A DNA stretch of 64,000 nucleotides from Bacteroidota bacterium (GTDB lineage Bacteria > Bacteroidota > Bacteroidia > Flavobacteriales > Flavobacteriaceae). The number at the start of each line of letters is the position of its first letter. Position 1 is the first letter of the stretch. Location of the stretch: NCBI GenBank assembly GCA_024279425.1, contig JAJRRO010000133.1, positions 20,759 through 84,758 on the forward strand, written 5' to 3'. Shown piece after piece: positions 26,844 through 37,361 of the stretch. The notes under the pieces are model-generated. The model saw only the letters and a program-made list of their open reading frames with translations, ran no database searches and was not told the DNA's origin. The translations under genes were made by a program, and so were the position numbers.

Positions 26844-28391
26844 GTGAATAGAGAATTAATCGTAAGATCTAGTTCCGATGCCGTCGATTTTGCCTTACTT
26901 AAAGAAGGAAAACTCACTGAATTACACAAAGAGGAAGACAACAACGATTTTTCTGTTGGCGATATATTATTGGCCAAAGTCAGAAAACCAGTTACTGGTC
27001 TTAATGCAGCTTTTGTAAATGTAGGTTATGAAAAGGATGCTTTTTTGCATTATCATGACTTAGGGCCGCAATTATCCACAACGCTCAAATTCATTAAACA
27101 GGTGAGTACTGGGAAGCTTAGGGATTATTCCTTAAAGAACTTTCCGGTCGAAAAAGACATTGATAAACATGGCAGCATAAATGATGTCATTAAATCAAAT
27201 CAGTCTCTATTAGTGCAAATTGTTAAAGAACCCATTTCCACCAAAGGGCCAAGAATAAGCTCCGAGCTTTCAATCGCAGGACGTTATTTGGTTATGGTGC
27301 CTTTTTCTGAACGCGTTTCAGTCTCACAGAAGATTGATAGCAAAGAAGAAAAGGATAGGCTGAAAAGGCTTGTTAAAAGCATTAAGCCAAAAGGATTTGG
27401 TGTTATCATCCGAACAGTTGCAGAAGGCAAAAAAGTCGCAGAACTAGATAAAGATCTAGAAAACTTGCTGAACAAGTGGTCAGCATTGTGTAAGAAATTG
27501 TATAAAGCCCCAACACCTTCAAAGGTTCTGGTAGAGCTCAATAGGGCATCCAGTATTCTAAGGGATGTTTTCAACGATTCGTTTACTGGCATTCAAGTGG
27601 ACGATAAGACGCTTTATAATCAGATTAAGGATTATGTGCAAGAGATTGCACCAGGAAAAGAATCCATTGTGAAGTTATATAGTTCTTCCGTTCCAATTTT
27701 TGAAAAATTTGGAATAGAAAGACAAATTAAGACTTCTTTTGGCCGTACAGCTTCAATGAGTAAAGGAGCGTACTTAATAATAGAACACACTGAAGCGTTG
27801 CATGTTGTTGACGTTAACAGTGGTAATCGTTCCAATAAAGCCAAAAATCAAGAAGATACCGCTTTGGAAGTAAATATCTTGGCAGCTTCGGAAATTGCAA
27901 GACAATTGCGCTTACGGGATATGGGAGGAATCATAGTTGTTGATTTTATCGACATGGTCAAAGCTCCACACCGAAGGAAGCTTTTTGACCATCTTCGAGA
28001 TGAGATGAAAGATGATCGGGCCAAGCATAAAATTTTGCCTCCGAGCAAATTTGGCCTTATACAGATTACGCGACAGCGGGTACGTCCTGAAATGAATATC
28101 AAAACCACAGAGGAGGACCCTAATCGGACTGGTAAGGAGGTTGAGGCTCCTATTGTTTTGATAGATAAAATCAATGTGGACCTTGAAAAACTTTTGAAAG
28201 GCCCAAAAAAGGATAGCAATATTACATTGAACATACATCCTTTTATTGCGGCATATATTACCAAAGGTTTCCCATCCATTCGTTCCAAATGGTTTATGGA
28301 ACATAAGAAATGGGTCAAAATACAGCCAAGGGATGCATATACGTATCTAGAATATCGTTTTAAAGACAAGAACGGTAAAACCATATATTAG
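26844..28391 (+). CDS. rng: Ribonuclease E/G family (RNase G-like)
   Basis: S1 domain (GDILLAKV), catalytic DNase-I-like region (HVVDVNSGN), 515 aa. Confidence 0.85.
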   Translation: MNRELIVRSSSDAVDFALLKEGKLTELHKEEDNNDFSVGDILLAKVRKPVTGLNAAFVNVGYEKDAFLHYHDLGPQLSTTLKFIKQVSTGKLRDYSLKNFPVEKDIDKHGSINDVIKSNQSLLVQIVKEPISTKGPRISSELSIAGRYLVMVPFSERVSVSQKIDSKEEKDRLKRLVKSIKPKGFGVIIRTVAEGKKVAELDKDLENLLNKWSALCKKLYKAPTPSKVLVELNRASSILRDVFNDSFTGIQVDDKTLYNQIKDYVQEIAPGKESIVKLYSSSVPIFEKFGIERQIKTSFGRTASMSKGAYLIIEHTEALHVVDVNSGNRSNKAKNQEDTALEVNILAASEIARQLRLRDMGGIIVVDFIDMVKAPHRRKLFDHLRDEMKDDRAKHKILPPSKFGLIQITRQRVRPEMNIKTTEEDPNRTGKEVEAPIVLIDKINVDLEKLLKGPKKDSNITLNIHPFIAAYITKGFPSIRSKWFMEHKKWVKIQPRDAYTYLEYRFKDKNGKTIY

Positions 28392-28513
28392 TGAAGCCAT
28401 TTTTTAGTGTGTATGCATAAAAAAATAAGGATAAACTAACCCTGAGTACTTCGATTGCGCTCAGCAAAGGCTTGGACGAAGGGTCTCTTTAAAAAGAGAG
28501 ATATTCAAAATTA

Positions 28514-28547
28514 AAAGCGACTTCAGAAACGGAGTCGCTTTTTTTGT
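28514..28547 (+). terminator. Rho-independent terminator after rng
   Basis: AAAGCGACTTC-agaaac-GGAGTCGCTTTTTTTG. Confidence 0.65.
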
Positions 28548-28560
28548 TAAATGATTATTT

Positions 28561-29043
28561 TTGACCATGCCTAAAAAAGTGAGTTATACCATCAAAGAAG
28601 CCACCAAAAAATTGGAGAGCTATTGTGCCTATCAGGAACGTTGTCATAAAGATGTGGTTAAAAAACTAAGGGAGATGGAGATGATTCCGGAGGCCATTGA
28701 TCAAATTATTGTCCATTTGATTCAGGAAAACTATTTGAACGAGGAACGATTTTCCCAAAGTTTCGCACGTGGCAAGTTCAAGATTAAAAAGTGGGGGAGA
28801 ATTAGAATTGTAAACGAGCTTAAACTTCGAGATATTTCAAAATACAACATAACATCGGCCCTTGGGGAAATTGAAGATGGGATATATCAAGGAACTTTTG
28901 ATCGCCTGGCTCAAAAAAGGTGGGAGAATTTAAAGGAAACCGATATTCGAAAAAGAAAAAGAAAACTGGCCGATTATTTGCTTTACCGGGGATGGGAAAG
29001 TCATATGGTATATGACAAGGTCAATGAATTGGTAAAAAATTGA
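28561..29043 (+). CDS. recX: Regulatory protein RecX
   Basis: Three-helix-repeat architecture; CAYQERC motif near the N-terminus typical of RecX. Confidence 0.75.
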   Translation: MTMPKKVSYTIKEATKKLESYCAYQERCHKDVVKKLREMEMIPEAIDQIIVHLIQENYLNEERFSQSFARGKFKIKKWGRIRIVNELKLRDISKYNITSALGEIEDGIYQGTFDRLAQKRWENLKETDIRKRKRKLADYLLYRGWESHMVYDKVNELVKN

Positions 29044-29093
29044 ACAGTCTATCGCCTTGTCAATGAAATATGTACGAGGCTAATCCTTTTGCC

Positions 29094-29999
29094 CTATTGC
29101 GACACTATATTCTGTTTTTTTATGAAGCCATTTGTTTTTAAAATGGCTTGTTCATTTTTCCAATCTATCCATTTTTGCCCTTTTACCTTACGCATGATTC
29201 CATCATAATTTCTCATAATCAATATATTATAGAAGGCCGAGAACAAATTCTTTGGGTTTCTGGCGATAGCTCGCAAACTCATTGAAAATCCTGGGGTTAC
29301 ATATTTCATATGATGCCAATAGCCCTCAGGAATATATAAAACCTCCCCATGGTTCAAAAGGGTTTTATAGCCAGAAGCATTTTTTAAGGCGGGCCATTTT
29401 TCAAAATCAGGATTTGTGAAATCTATGCTTTCATGGGTAATCAATGAGTGAGGTACTTTATATAAATACTTGCTCTCTGTCTGTGGAAACAATATGCATT
29501 CTTTTTTACCCTCAAAATGAAAATGGAAAATATTGGCGAGGTCTATATCAAAATGCATGAAAGTATGGGAATTCTCTCCTCCAAAAAAGAGCATCGGCAA
29601 TTTTTTCATCAATCTTAAACCAAAGTCCGGGTAATTAAAGTCCCGCTGCAGTTCAGGAATTTCCCTTAAAACGTTCCAAAGAAATATTCTGTACTTGGTT
29701 GGTTCACTTTGAAGTAAGTCTATATAATCAGACATCTTCATTTTTGCATGTGGTTCATTAAAACCATCTTCATGATGAACCGGGCGGTCGTCATACAGTG
29801 GCACTATCTTATCACCCGCAATTTTCCTCATATAGTCCAAATTCCATTTGGAATATGCCGGCCAGTCATCTATATACCGTTCAATTACAACTGGTTTTTG
29901 CGGCTCAAAATATTTAGTGATAAAAGCCTCTTTGGTAATGGTTCTTACTCTTGGTATTTCGTTTAAGTTCAAGCTTAATCTGGTTGAATTACGTATCAA
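29094..29999 (-). CDS. Cupin-like/JmjC-domain protein (Cupin_8)
   Basis: HFD...LYIPEGYWHHM metal-binding pattern of JmjC/cupin hydroxylases. Located 51 nt downstream of bioB on the same strand. Confidence 0.6.
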   Translation of the reverse strand: MIRNSTRLSLNLNEIPRVRTITKEAFITKYFEPQKPVVIERYIDDWPAYSKWNLDYMRKIAGDKIVPLYDDRPVHHEDGFNEPHAKMKMSDYIDLLQSEPTKYRIFLWNVLREIPELQRDFNYPDFGLRLMKKLPMLFFGGENSHTFMHFDIDLANIFHFHFEGKKECILFPQTESKYLYKVPHSLITHESIDFTNPDFEKWPALKNASGYKTLLNHGEVLYIPEGYWHHMKYVTPGFSMSLRAIARNPKNLFSAFYNILIMRNYDGIMRKVKGQKWIDWKNEQAILKTNGFIKKQNIVSQ

Positions 30000-30050
30000 A
30001 TTTAAAAAATCCAGAAAACAAATCTTAGAAAATAGATATAACTTGTACGA

Positions 30051-31145
30051 CTACCCGTTCAATTTAGCTTTTTGTTTAGCAAGTTCATTCCGCTCAATAG
30101 TATGTCCAGGTCTTGTCCATTTGGGCTTTTCACTTAATGACTCAAATTTTGAATCTTCTGCCTCAACAGTCTTTGGTTGAGCCGATTTTGTGAATGGCTT
30201 TTGCGGATTTAATCCCAATACTTCGAACATTGCCATATCCTCATTTACATCGGGATTAGGCGTGGTCAATAATTTATCCCCGGCAAAAATGGAATTGGCA
30301 CCTGCAAAGAAACAAAGCGCTTGACCTTCCCTACTCATTTCCGTTCGGCCTGCTGATAGTCTTACTTGGGTTTCGGGCATAACAATGCGGGTGGCAGCTA
30401 CCATACGAATCATTTCCCAAATCTCAATAGGCTCAATATCCTCCATGGGTGTGCCTTCAACGGCAACCAGCGCGTTTATAGGGGTAGATTCCGGTTGTGG
30501 GTTCAAGGATGAAAGTGCCACCAACATACCTGCTCTATCTTCCAACTTTTCACCCATACCTATAATACCGCCACTACAAACCGTAATGTTGCTCTGACGC
30601 ACATGGTTTATGGTTTCCAGTCGGTCTTCAAATGCCCGTGTTGAAATAACATCTTTATAATAATCTTCTGAAGTATCCAAATTATGATTGTAGGCATAAA
30701 GTCCGGCTTCAGAAAGACGTTTTGCCTGATTTTCAGTTACCATACCCAAAGTACAGCAAACTTCCATATCCAATTTATTTATAGTACGTACCATCTCAAG
30801 TACTTGGTCAAATTCGGGACCATCCTTTACATTACGCCAAGCTGCTCCCATACATACACGAGAACTACCCGATTCTTTGGCACGAAGTGCCTGGGCCTTA
30901 ACATGTGGCACAGACATCAGATCATTACCTTCTATACCTGTACTATATCTTGCCGCTTGGGGACAATACCCACAATCTTCGGAGCAACCGCCGGTTTTAA
31001 TTGATACTAATGTGGACACCTGCACCGTGTTCGGATCATGGTTTTTGCGATGGACTGTTGCGGCCTCATAAAGCAATTCCATCAAAGGTTTGTTATAAAT
31101 ATCAAGAATTTCCTCTTTGGTCCAGTTGTGTCTTGTAGTACTCAT
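30051..31145 (-). CDS. bioB: Biotin synthase with a C-terminal extension of about 45 aa
   Basis: Radical-SAM CSEDCGYCPQ and a conserved BioB core. A charged extension follows about 320 aa in. Confidence 0.95.
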   Translation of the reverse strand: MSTTRHNWTKEEILDIYNKPLMELLYEAATVHRKNHDPNTVQVSTLVSIKTGGCSEDCGYCPQAARYSTGIEGNDLMSVPHVKAQALRAKESGSSRVCMGAAWRNVKDGPEFDQVLEMVRTINKLDMEVCCTLGMVTENQAKRLSEAGLYAYNHNLDTSEDYYKDVISTRAFEDRLETINHVRQSNITVCSGGIIGMGEKLEDRAGMLVALSSLNPQPESTPINALVAVEGTPMEDIEPIEIWEMIRMVAATRIVMPETQVRLSAGRTEMSREGQALCFFAGANSIFAGDKLLTTPNPDVNEDMAMFEVLGLNPQKPFTKSAQPKTVEAEDSKFESLSEKPKWTRPGHTIERNELAKQKAKLNG

Positions 31146-31280
31146 AGGCTTTACTTAAAATAGGTTTCAAAATTAACCTATAATACTTAAAAAATGTAAT
31201 AATCATAACCCTAATTGCTACAAAAAGCCTGCAATCAAAATTAAATCACAGGCCCTTATTGCTAATTTTATACTAGGTTT

Positions 31281-32720
31281 TTATTCCTCTTCCCCTTCAT
31301 TTTTGAGTTTCTGTTTTTTGTCTTCAAATGAGGCTTCGTTTTCATCTTCTATCTTTTTACCTTTGAGATATTCTGGTAATTGCATACCTGCCATATTGAA
31401 CATTTCCTGTAATGGGGGTACCGATTTATACATTCCTGAAATAAAGTTGGCTGTAGAATTCTTTCCATCTGCAGATGTACTGCCAGAATCCCATACAGTA
31501 ACTTTATCTATTTTGATATTCTTAATTGCTTCTGCTTGCGTTTTCACCAATTCAGGTAGTTTGTCTGCTATCAGTAATAAAACGGCATCTTTTGGATCAT
31601 CGCCTGCTGCCTTTACAATTTTGTCCAAACCTTCAGCCTGCTTAGTCAATATTTCATAAATACCTTTTGCCTCGGCCTCTGCCTTGGCAAAGATTGCATC
31701 TGCCTCACCTCTAGCCTTACGCCGAATCATTTCGGCCTCGGCCTCTGCATCAATCTCAACTTTTTTCTTATCAATTTCAGCGGGCACAACAATATCTGCC
31801 ATTTGTGAACTACGTTCTCTTTCAGCCCTTGCAATTTCAGCATTTTTCTCGGCAGCATAGGATTCTTCCAGTGCTCTAGCTGATTGTACTTTTTCAGAGG
31901 CAATAGCTGTACGTTCCGCTTCTGCTTCCCGTTGTCTTCTTAAGGAATCAGAATTTGCCACATCGATTTTTGCCAAGTTTTCACCTTCAACGGCTTTCGC
32001 ATTTGCAGCTGCAACTTGGGTTCGTTGATCCTGAACCGCATTAGCCTCACCGATAGACCCATCTCTATTCTTTTCGGCAACTGATTTACGCGCAGCGTTG
32101 ATTGCGTGAGCCGCTGCTTCTTTACCCAAAGCCTCAATATATCCCGATTCATCAACAATGTCCGTAATGTTTACGTTAATGAGTTTAAGACCCACTTTCT
32201 TAAGCTCTGACTCAACACTTTTGGAAATATTAGTCAAAAATTTATCCCTATCAGAATTAATTTCTTCTATATCCATAGATGCAACAACTAAACGTAATTG
32301 TCCGAAGATAATTTCCTGAGCCAGTTCTTGGATTTCATTTTGACCGAGACCCAAAAGGCGTTCCGCTGCATTTTGCATGATTCCAGGCTCTGTAGAAACT
32401 CCGATTGTAAACCGCGAAGGTACATTTACACGAATATTCTGTTTACTTAGGGCATTGACCAAATTGACTTCGATTGAAATAGGAGTCAAATCTAAAAACT
32501 GATAATCTTGGATTACGGGCCATATAAATGCCGCACCACCATGTATACAATTAGCAGAACTTCCACCTCCAACTTTACCATACACAACCAAAATACGGTC
32601 AGACGGACAACGTTTATACCTTCGGATAAAGGATATGATAACGATGAAAAAGAAAAGAATTGCAAAGCCAATTGCCAGTAATGAGGCACTCCCGCCAAAT
32701 TGTAATGGTAGTAGAAACAT
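31281..32720 (-). CDS. Flotillin-like SPFH/band-7 protein (YqiK/FloT-like)
   Basis: N-terminal TM, SPFH domain, long Ala/Glu-rich coiled coil (EAEAERTA...). Confidence 0.8.
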   Translation of the reverse strand: MFLLPLQFGGSASLLAIGFAILFFFIVIISFIRRYKRCPSDRILVVYGKVGGGSSANCIHGGAAFIWPVIQDYQFLDLTPISIEVNLVNALSKQNIRVNVPSRFTIGVSTEPGIMQNAAERLLGLGQNEIQELAQEIIFGQLRLVVASMDIEEINSDRDKFLTNISKSVESELKKVGLKLINVNITDIVDESGYIEALGKEAAAHAINAARKSVAEKNRDGSIGEANAVQDQRTQVAAANAKAVEGENLAKIDVANSDSLRRQREAEAERTAIASEKVQSARALEESYAAEKNAEIARAERERSSQMADIVVPAEIDKKKVEIDAEAEAEMIRRKARGEADAIFAKAEAEAKGIYEILTKQAEGLDKIVKAAGDDPKDAVLLLIADKLPELVKTQAEAIKNIKIDKVTVWDSGSTSADGKNSTANFISGMYKSVPPLQEMFNMAGMQLPEYLKGKKIEDENEASFEDKKQKLKNEGEEE

Positions 32721-32724
32721 TTAG

Positions 32725-33303
32725 TTAGTTATTTAATAGTTCAACAATCAATATTCCGTTATCGGCAACTTCCTTGACTTTAACCACATCACCTTGACGC
32801 AAGTCCCTTTCTTCCTCAGTCAATGCATCTAATTCACGTAAAGTCCCTTGTACATTTATACTTACTTTCCCAATCTTTGACCTATTGGCACCAATAGTCA
32901 AATACACTTCGCCAATTTGGTTGAGTGCATTTTTTAATTTCAACGTACCATTACTTTGTAACTTACTTAAGTAATAAAACAATGTTGCCATAGCAAGCAT
33001 CATTAGCAAACCACAAATCACTGAGATTGCAATGGTAGGTCCTTTTGACAATCCACTATCTAGGCAAGATATTCCTGTCCATCCGAAAATGGTGAAAAAG
33101 CCCATTAAATTTTTAAAGGATAAAAATTGGAAACCAACACCCGAATCTCCATCAATATCGGTGTCGATATCACCGCTCATGTCTTCAACATCACCACCAA
33201 TAAAAGTCATAATGATCAGAATCAGCAAAATAATCGAAGAAATAATAGCCGTTATCCAATAGATTTTCTCAAACGAATTCAAAGCTTCAAACCATTGTTC
33301 CAT
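32725..33303 (-). CDS. NfeD-like membrane protein, partner of flotillin
   Basis: TM helices and a C-terminal OB-fold-like region. Ends 5 nt before the flotillin gene, the canonical NfeD-flotillin operon. Confidence 0.7.
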   Translation of the reverse strand: MEQWFEALNSFEKIYWITAIISSIILLILIIMTFIGGDVEDMSGDIDTDIDGDSGVGFQFLSFKNLMGFFTIFGWTGISCLDSGLSKGPTIAISVICGLLMMLAMATLFYYLSKLQSNGTLKLKNALNQIGEVYLTIGANRSKIGKVSINVQGTLRELDALTEEERDLRQGDVVKVKEVADNGILIVELLNN

Positions 33304-33364
33304 AGTGTTAGTTTTAGGTTGGAAAAAGAAAGGTAGTACTTTTAAATAGGATATAGACTACTCC

Positions 33365-34519
33365 TTAATTAGAAAGTAGCACTGATACCGCATTACCTCC
33401 AAAACCGACTGCATTTACCAATATTTTTTGGATTTTTGGGGGAACTGATGTGTAATCATCGAAGGGCGTTCCTATAAATTTTTGGTGCTGCAACATCAAT
33501 AGCGCCAATTCAACACTTAACATCCCGGAAGCACCAAAGGTATGTCCGACTTTCCATTTATTTGTTGTACAAAATGGTAGTTTGTTACAAAAAACCTTGT
33601 CCAATGCATTTTTTTCTGATAAATCACCTTTGACCGTTCCTGGGGCATGCATTACGATTACATCCACATCATCTGGATCCGTATTGCCCAAAGCCATATT
33701 CATAGAACGTTGAAAACAAACGGCATCTGTTGAAATGGAAGTATTATGTACCAAGGGTTCGGTGGCATAGCCTATACCTTCAATGACCGCCAATGTATTC
33801 TTCTTGATTCCCAATTCTAAACAGGCCATTGAGGCTCCTTCGCCTAAAATCATGGTATTGCTCACTTTTTTTAAATCCATTGCTCCACATGGGTAACTAG
33901 AATTTCCTTTAGCATAAATACGCATGGCTTTCATTTGGGCAATGGTAAAAGGTGTCAAGGGTGCTTCGCTCCCACCAACCAAAAACTTGTTCGCCATACC
34001 ACTTTTAAGCCATGCCACACCATTTAAAAAGGCATGCAAGGCTGTGGAACAAGTAATGGAGTGTGAAATTTCAGGTCCTTGTGTGCCAAGGTCATGCGCC
34101 ACCCAAGATGAAATATTACCCAAAGTGGTGGTTGGGGATGATAATGTGGATACTTTTCCTCCATTCAAAAATTCTCCGTGATATTTTTCAAAAAGTGAGG
34201 TCGCCCCTCTAGAAGAACCTATATTGATTCCAAAACCATCGGCCGCCTGCCAACCTGCTTTTTCAATGGCCAATCTTGATGCGAATAATGCATATAAAAC
34301 CGAATCATCAAGGTTCCCATAATTTGCATCGGACCTTTTGAGTGCTTCTATCTCTGCTGCGACCTTTTCCGACAATGGAGCAATCCAATCGGTACTACCA
34401 CCAATCTTTTTCTGAATAAAGCAATGGTCAATATCCAAATAGCTGTTCCATGCCTCTTCCAATGTTGTTCCCAACGGAGAAATCGATGCAATGGCGGTTA
34501 TGGAAATTGGTCTATTCAA
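33365..34519 (-). CDS. FabB/FabF-like beta-ketoacyl-ACP synthase (KAS I/II family) embedded in the biotin cluster
   Basis: Active-site Cys in ITCSTALHAF and His motifs HAPGTVKGD and KVGHTFGASG. At 384 aa it is shorter than FabF. It sits 17 nt downstream of bioA. Confidence 0.8.
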   Translation of the reverse strand: MNRPISITAIASISPLGTTLEEAWNSYLDIDHCFIQKKIGGSTDWIAPLSEKVAAEIEALKRSDANYGNLDDSVLYALFASRLAIEKAGWQAADGFGINIGSSRGATSLFEKYHGEFLNGGKVSTLSSPTTTLGNISSWVAHDLGTQGPEISHSITCSTALHAFLNGVAWLKSGMANKFLVGGSEAPLTPFTIAQMKAMRIYAKGNSSYPCGAMDLKKVSNTMILGEGASMACLELGIKKNTLAVIEGIGYATEPLVHNTSISTDAVCFQRSMNMALGNTDPDDVDVIVMHAPGTVKGDLSEKNALDKVFCNKLPFCTTNKWKVGHTFGASGMLSVELALLMLQHQKFIGTPFDDYTSVPPKIQKILVNAVGFGGNAVSVLLSN

Positions 34520-34535
34520 AGGTTCTATTTAAAAG

Positions 34536-35807
34536 TCAGACTATGGAAAGTACATCTTTGATGGCCGCATAAATCGTATTCATTTGCCTGTCTGTAATGA
34601 CATAAGGTGCCAGAATATAAATAGTATTGCCCAAAGGACGCAAAAATACCCCGTTATCCATAAAATGATGGAATAGTTTATCACGGAGATTCCCATATCT
34701 TTCCATTTTCAGGTTCAAATCCACGGCAAAGATAACTCCACATTGACGAATACCTACAACCTTGGGATGTTGTTCTATCTCCTTTCCAAACTTTTTATGC
34801 GATGCTATTATCCGCCTAATATTATTTTGGATCTCATTGGACTTTAACAGCTCAATCCCAGCCAAAGCAGCTGTACATGCCAGCGGATTTGCGGTATATG
34901 TATGTCCATGAAACAAACCTTTGGTTAAATCTTTACTATAAAAAGCATCATAGACCTTTTGGGTACAACTTGTAATCGCCATTGGCATCAAACCAGCTGT
35001 AAGGGCCTTGGACAAGCAGATTACATCCGGTTTGGCTTCAATCTGATCAGAGGCAAAATAAGTTCCGGTTTTACCAAAACCAGTCATTACCTCATCTGCT
35101 ATCGTTAGTATCTCATGCCGTTGCAGCAAATTCAGTATTCTGTTTAGCCCTTCAGCCCCATACATTTTCATAGCTGCCGCACCTTGAACCAGTGGTTCGT
35201 AAATGAAACCAGCAATGGTATTTTCCTTTAATCTATTTTCCAATAGGGAAAGGGTGTTTTCCACATTTTCCTTGGTCGGCACAGGAATTCGCTCAACTTC
35301 AATAAAGAAATCCTCGAAAGGACCATTATAAACCGAAAGACCTGATACTGACATTGCACCAAAAGTATCACCGTGAAATCCATCTTCAAAAGCCAACAGG
35401 ACCTTACGTTTATTTCCTTGGTTAAAATGGTACTGTAATGCCATTTTGATTCCTATCTCTGTCGAAGTAGACCCATTGTCCGAAAAAAATAGTTTTTCTT
35501 GATTCTTTGGGAGTATTTTAATAAGTTCTTCAGACAATTTAACCACTGGTTCATGGGTAAATCCACTGAAAACAACTTGATCCAATCGCTGCATCTGTGC
35601 ATAGACCCTTTCAAGAATAAAATCATTGCAGTGGCCATACATACAGGTATACCAAGAAGAAATACCATCTATGTATTGTTTGCCTTCCTCATCAAAAAGT
35701 AAAGATCCCTTCGCTGAGGAAATCCCTAACATATCAGGATGCAGTTTGTGCTGTGTCAAAGGATGCCACAGATGTTTTTTATCCCGTTCGGAAAGATTTT
35801 TTGCCAT
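34536..35807 (-). CDS. bioA: Adenosylmethionine-8-amino-7-oxononanoate aminotransferase
   Basis: Class-III aminotransferase with a conserved BioA N-terminus (LWHPLTQHK) and a PLP lysine region. Confidence 0.9.
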   Translation of the reverse strand: MAKNLSERDKKHLWHPLTQHKLHPDMLGISSAKGSLLFDEEGKQYIDGISSWYTCMYGHCNDFILERVYAQMQRLDQVVFSGFTHEPVVKLSEELIKILPKNQEKLFFSDNGSTSTEIGIKMALQYHFNQGNKRKVLLAFEDGFHGDTFGAMSVSGLSVYNGPFEDFFIEVERIPVPTKENVENTLSLLENRLKENTIAGFIYEPLVQGAAAMKMYGAEGLNRILNLLQRHEILTIADEVMTGFGKTGTYFASDQIEAKPDVICLSKALTAGLMPMAITSCTQKVYDAFYSKDLTKGLFHGHTYTANPLACTAALAGIELLKSNEIQNNIRRIIASHKKFGKEIEQHPKVVGIRQCGVIFAVDLNLKMERYGNLRDKLFHHFMDNGVFLRPLGNTIYILAPYVITDRQMNTIYAAIKDVLSIV

Positions 35808-35840
35808 CGATGAATTTGATAGATAAGCTTTTTATCTATC

Positions 35841-37361
35841 TTGCAAAGATGGGAATTAATCCTAAGAAAACCGATGCTGAAAAGTCTTATAAATTTGGTT
35901 GCACAGAACTATTCGAATCTTAAAAATAAGACCGTTTTTCTTTTTATTTTTTGTGTTTCCTTCTTTTTGCGCTTACCCTTTTTCTTTCGTGATTATATTG
36001 ATCGAGACGAAAGCACATTTATACTCATGGGGCAATCGTGGGTCGATGGAAATCTGCCCTATACCGAACTTTGGGATTTAAAACCCCCTATCACCTTTTT
36101 ATTTTTTGCAGGGATTATTTATGTATTTGGAAAGAGTTTTATTGCTATTCGCCTGTTTGGCACTTTATTGGTCGCCCTAACAGCTTTTTTTACATATAAA
36201 ATCGGTGAGGAGACCAACTCTAAAAAAACGGGCTTTTGGTCAGCGATCATTTGTGTTGTTTTATTGACTCTTTTCGGAAGTTTACAAGGAGTAATGTCAG
36301 AGCATATTTGCATGGCCTTTTTCATGCCGGGATTATATCTACTTATTAGGTCTAATAAACCGCATTGGCATTTAGTTTCGGGATTACTCATGGGGACCGC
36401 CGTGATGGCCAAAATGAACATTGCCTATGCTATTTTATTCCTTGGGATTTTCATTATATATCGCAATGTGCCAAATAAAAAATGGTTTTTAGGCATAATT
36501 AATTTTGTGTTTTTTGGGCTTGGGGTTTTGTTGGTCATTCTATGTACCTTTTTGCCTTATTATTTAAATGGCAATCCTGAAGTATGGTGGAAATCAGTGG
36601 TTCTGGCCCCTCTGGAATATGTTGGGGCAAGAAGGGAGTCTCTTTTGAATTTGGCTCCTGTTTTTGCATTCTTGGCAGTGTTTTTCTTCTTTGTTTGGAA
36701 AAAGAATTTAGTGGATTTTAAGAAAACCTCAGCCCAGTTCTTGCTCGTAGCAATTTTGGGAGTTTTGTACGCCTTTTATAAAGGCGGAAGAATCAATGGG
36801 CATTATCTTATTCAGTTACATCCAATAATGGTAATATTGGTTGTCATAGTTTTGGGTAAGATTCATTTTTTCAGGCAGCTTACATGGAAGCCGTATTACC
36901 TGGTTTTTCTTTTTCTAATTCCAATGGAATCGTATTTAGAATATGCCAATGTTATTAAAAATAGGATTGAACGGGGTACCTTTTTTAATGGAGAAGGCAT
37001 TTCAGCACCAAAGTATATTCAGGAAAATAATCTAGACACACATAACATCCTCTTCCTTGGATATCATATTGGCTATTGGGCTTTGGATGCCACCCCTCCC
37101 ACCAAAGCGGCAACTCATCCGAGTAATATTTGTCGCGAAGAATTGTTCCCTTTCTACGAAAATCCAAGGAAAAGTTCTATTGAAGAACTACGGTATATTA
37201 TGGAAACCATACAGCCAAAAACCATAATAACGAGAAAGAACAGGTTGGTTTTTGACAAGAAACAGACGAAAGAAAACGAGTATATCGACGCCTATTTGAT
37301 TAAACATTATAAAGTTCATGCCATAATCGAAAAAGCCAATATCCTACAACGTTTAAAGTGA
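35841..37361 (+). CDS. GT39/ArnT-like glycosyltransferase (PMT_2 family, 4-amino-arabinose or mannosyltransferase-like)
   Basis: About 11 TM helices. N-terminal loop DRDESTFILMGQSW matches the GT-C DE motif. Antisense to the bio genes; its 3' end overlaps the bioD stop by 9 nt. Confidence 0.65.
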   Translation: MQRWELILRKPMLKSLINLVAQNYSNLKNKTVFLFIFCVSFFLRLPFFFRDYIDRDESTFILMGQSWVDGNLPYTELWDLKPPITFLFFAGIIYVFGKSFIAIRLFGTLLVALTAFFTYKIGEETNSKKTGFWSAIICVVLLTLFGSLQGVMSEHICMAFFMPGLYLLIRSNKPHWHLVSGLLMGTAVMAKMNIAYAILFLGIFIIYRNVPNKKWFLGIINFVFFGLGVLLVILCTFLPYYLNGNPEVWWKSVVLAPLEYVGARRESLLNLAPVFAFLAVFFFFVWKKNLVDFKKTSAQFLLVAILGVLYAFYKGGRINGHYLIQLHPIMVILVVIVLGKIHFFRQLTWKPYYLVFLFLIPMESYLEYANVIKNRIERGTFFNGEGISAPKYIQENNLDTHNILFLGYHIGYWALDATPPTKAATHPSNICREELFPFYENPRKSSIEELRYIMETIQPKTIITRKNRLVFDKKQTKENEYIDAYLIKHYKVHAIIEKANILQRLK

